Shown here: piece by piece, positions 63,785 through 64,000 of the stretch
Position numbering within the stretch: position 1 is the first letter of the stretch
Layout of the letters: each line of letters begins with the position of its first letter
NCBI GenBank assembly: GCA_000442015.1
Contig: KE561209.1
Coordinates: forward strand, 248,001-312,000
DNA: 64,000 nt
Source: Rozella allomycis CSF55
Taxonomy: Eukaryota
Direction: 5' to 3'
Position numbers and translations under genes: made by a program
The notes under the pieces: model-generated
Database searches by the model: none
Seen by the model: the letters and a program-made list of their open reading frames with translations, nothing else
Told to the model about the DNA's origin: nothing

Positions 63785-64000
63785 TATATAAATAAAAGGG
63801 AAATTCATTGTATTGCTTCATGCTTCGTGTGGCTTGTTTTCATGAAAAATAATTCAACCCAATCGGAAAAATTTGTATCTAGATATGTCGACAGCAATAA
63901 GAACATTCTTTTGCTCATTTTATCAAATCCCAATGATCTTCATTTGTCGTTTGTCAGATGTAGCGTTTTTTACGAACACAGATTATTTCAAGGGCAAGTT

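Noticed and set aside
1-64000. Alternative genetic code or stop readthrough as the cause of fragmented ORFs
   Set aside because: Nearly all interruptions in conserved genes resolve as 25-32-nt introns under the standard code.

Overview
AT-rich, very gene-dense eukaryotic DNA, not prokaryotic. Genes are split by tiny spliceosomal introns, almost all 25-32 nt, so the ORF track fragments most genes. Gene content (ZC2HC1, PrimPol, TONSL-like, XPO6, muskelin, class C GPCR, RVS167, HMT1-type ABC transporter) and intron size suggest an early-diverging zoosporic fungus of the Rozella/Cryptomycota type; this is inference only. About 36 protein genes are recognisable, plus retroelement relics (CRE-like non-LTR, copia gag, Ty3-like gag), a putative effector zone and many single-N contig joins with duplicated flanks. 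Main discoveries: (1) five tiny GT introns appear to end in TG, CG or GG rather than AG, and two of them must be spliced that way to keep a conserved frame, pointing to length-guided 3' splice-site choice with a relaxed NG acceptor; (2) a class C GPCR with an mGluR-like glutamate pocket but no cysteine-rich domain; (3) an ankyrin-less TONSL/TONSOKU homologue directly downstream of an intact PrimPol; (4) a secreted ankyrin-like/MIF4G-like protein family and a signal-peptide F-box-LRR protein as candidate host-manipulating effectors. All gene models were spliced by hand and all family assignments rest on remembered motifs, not database searches.
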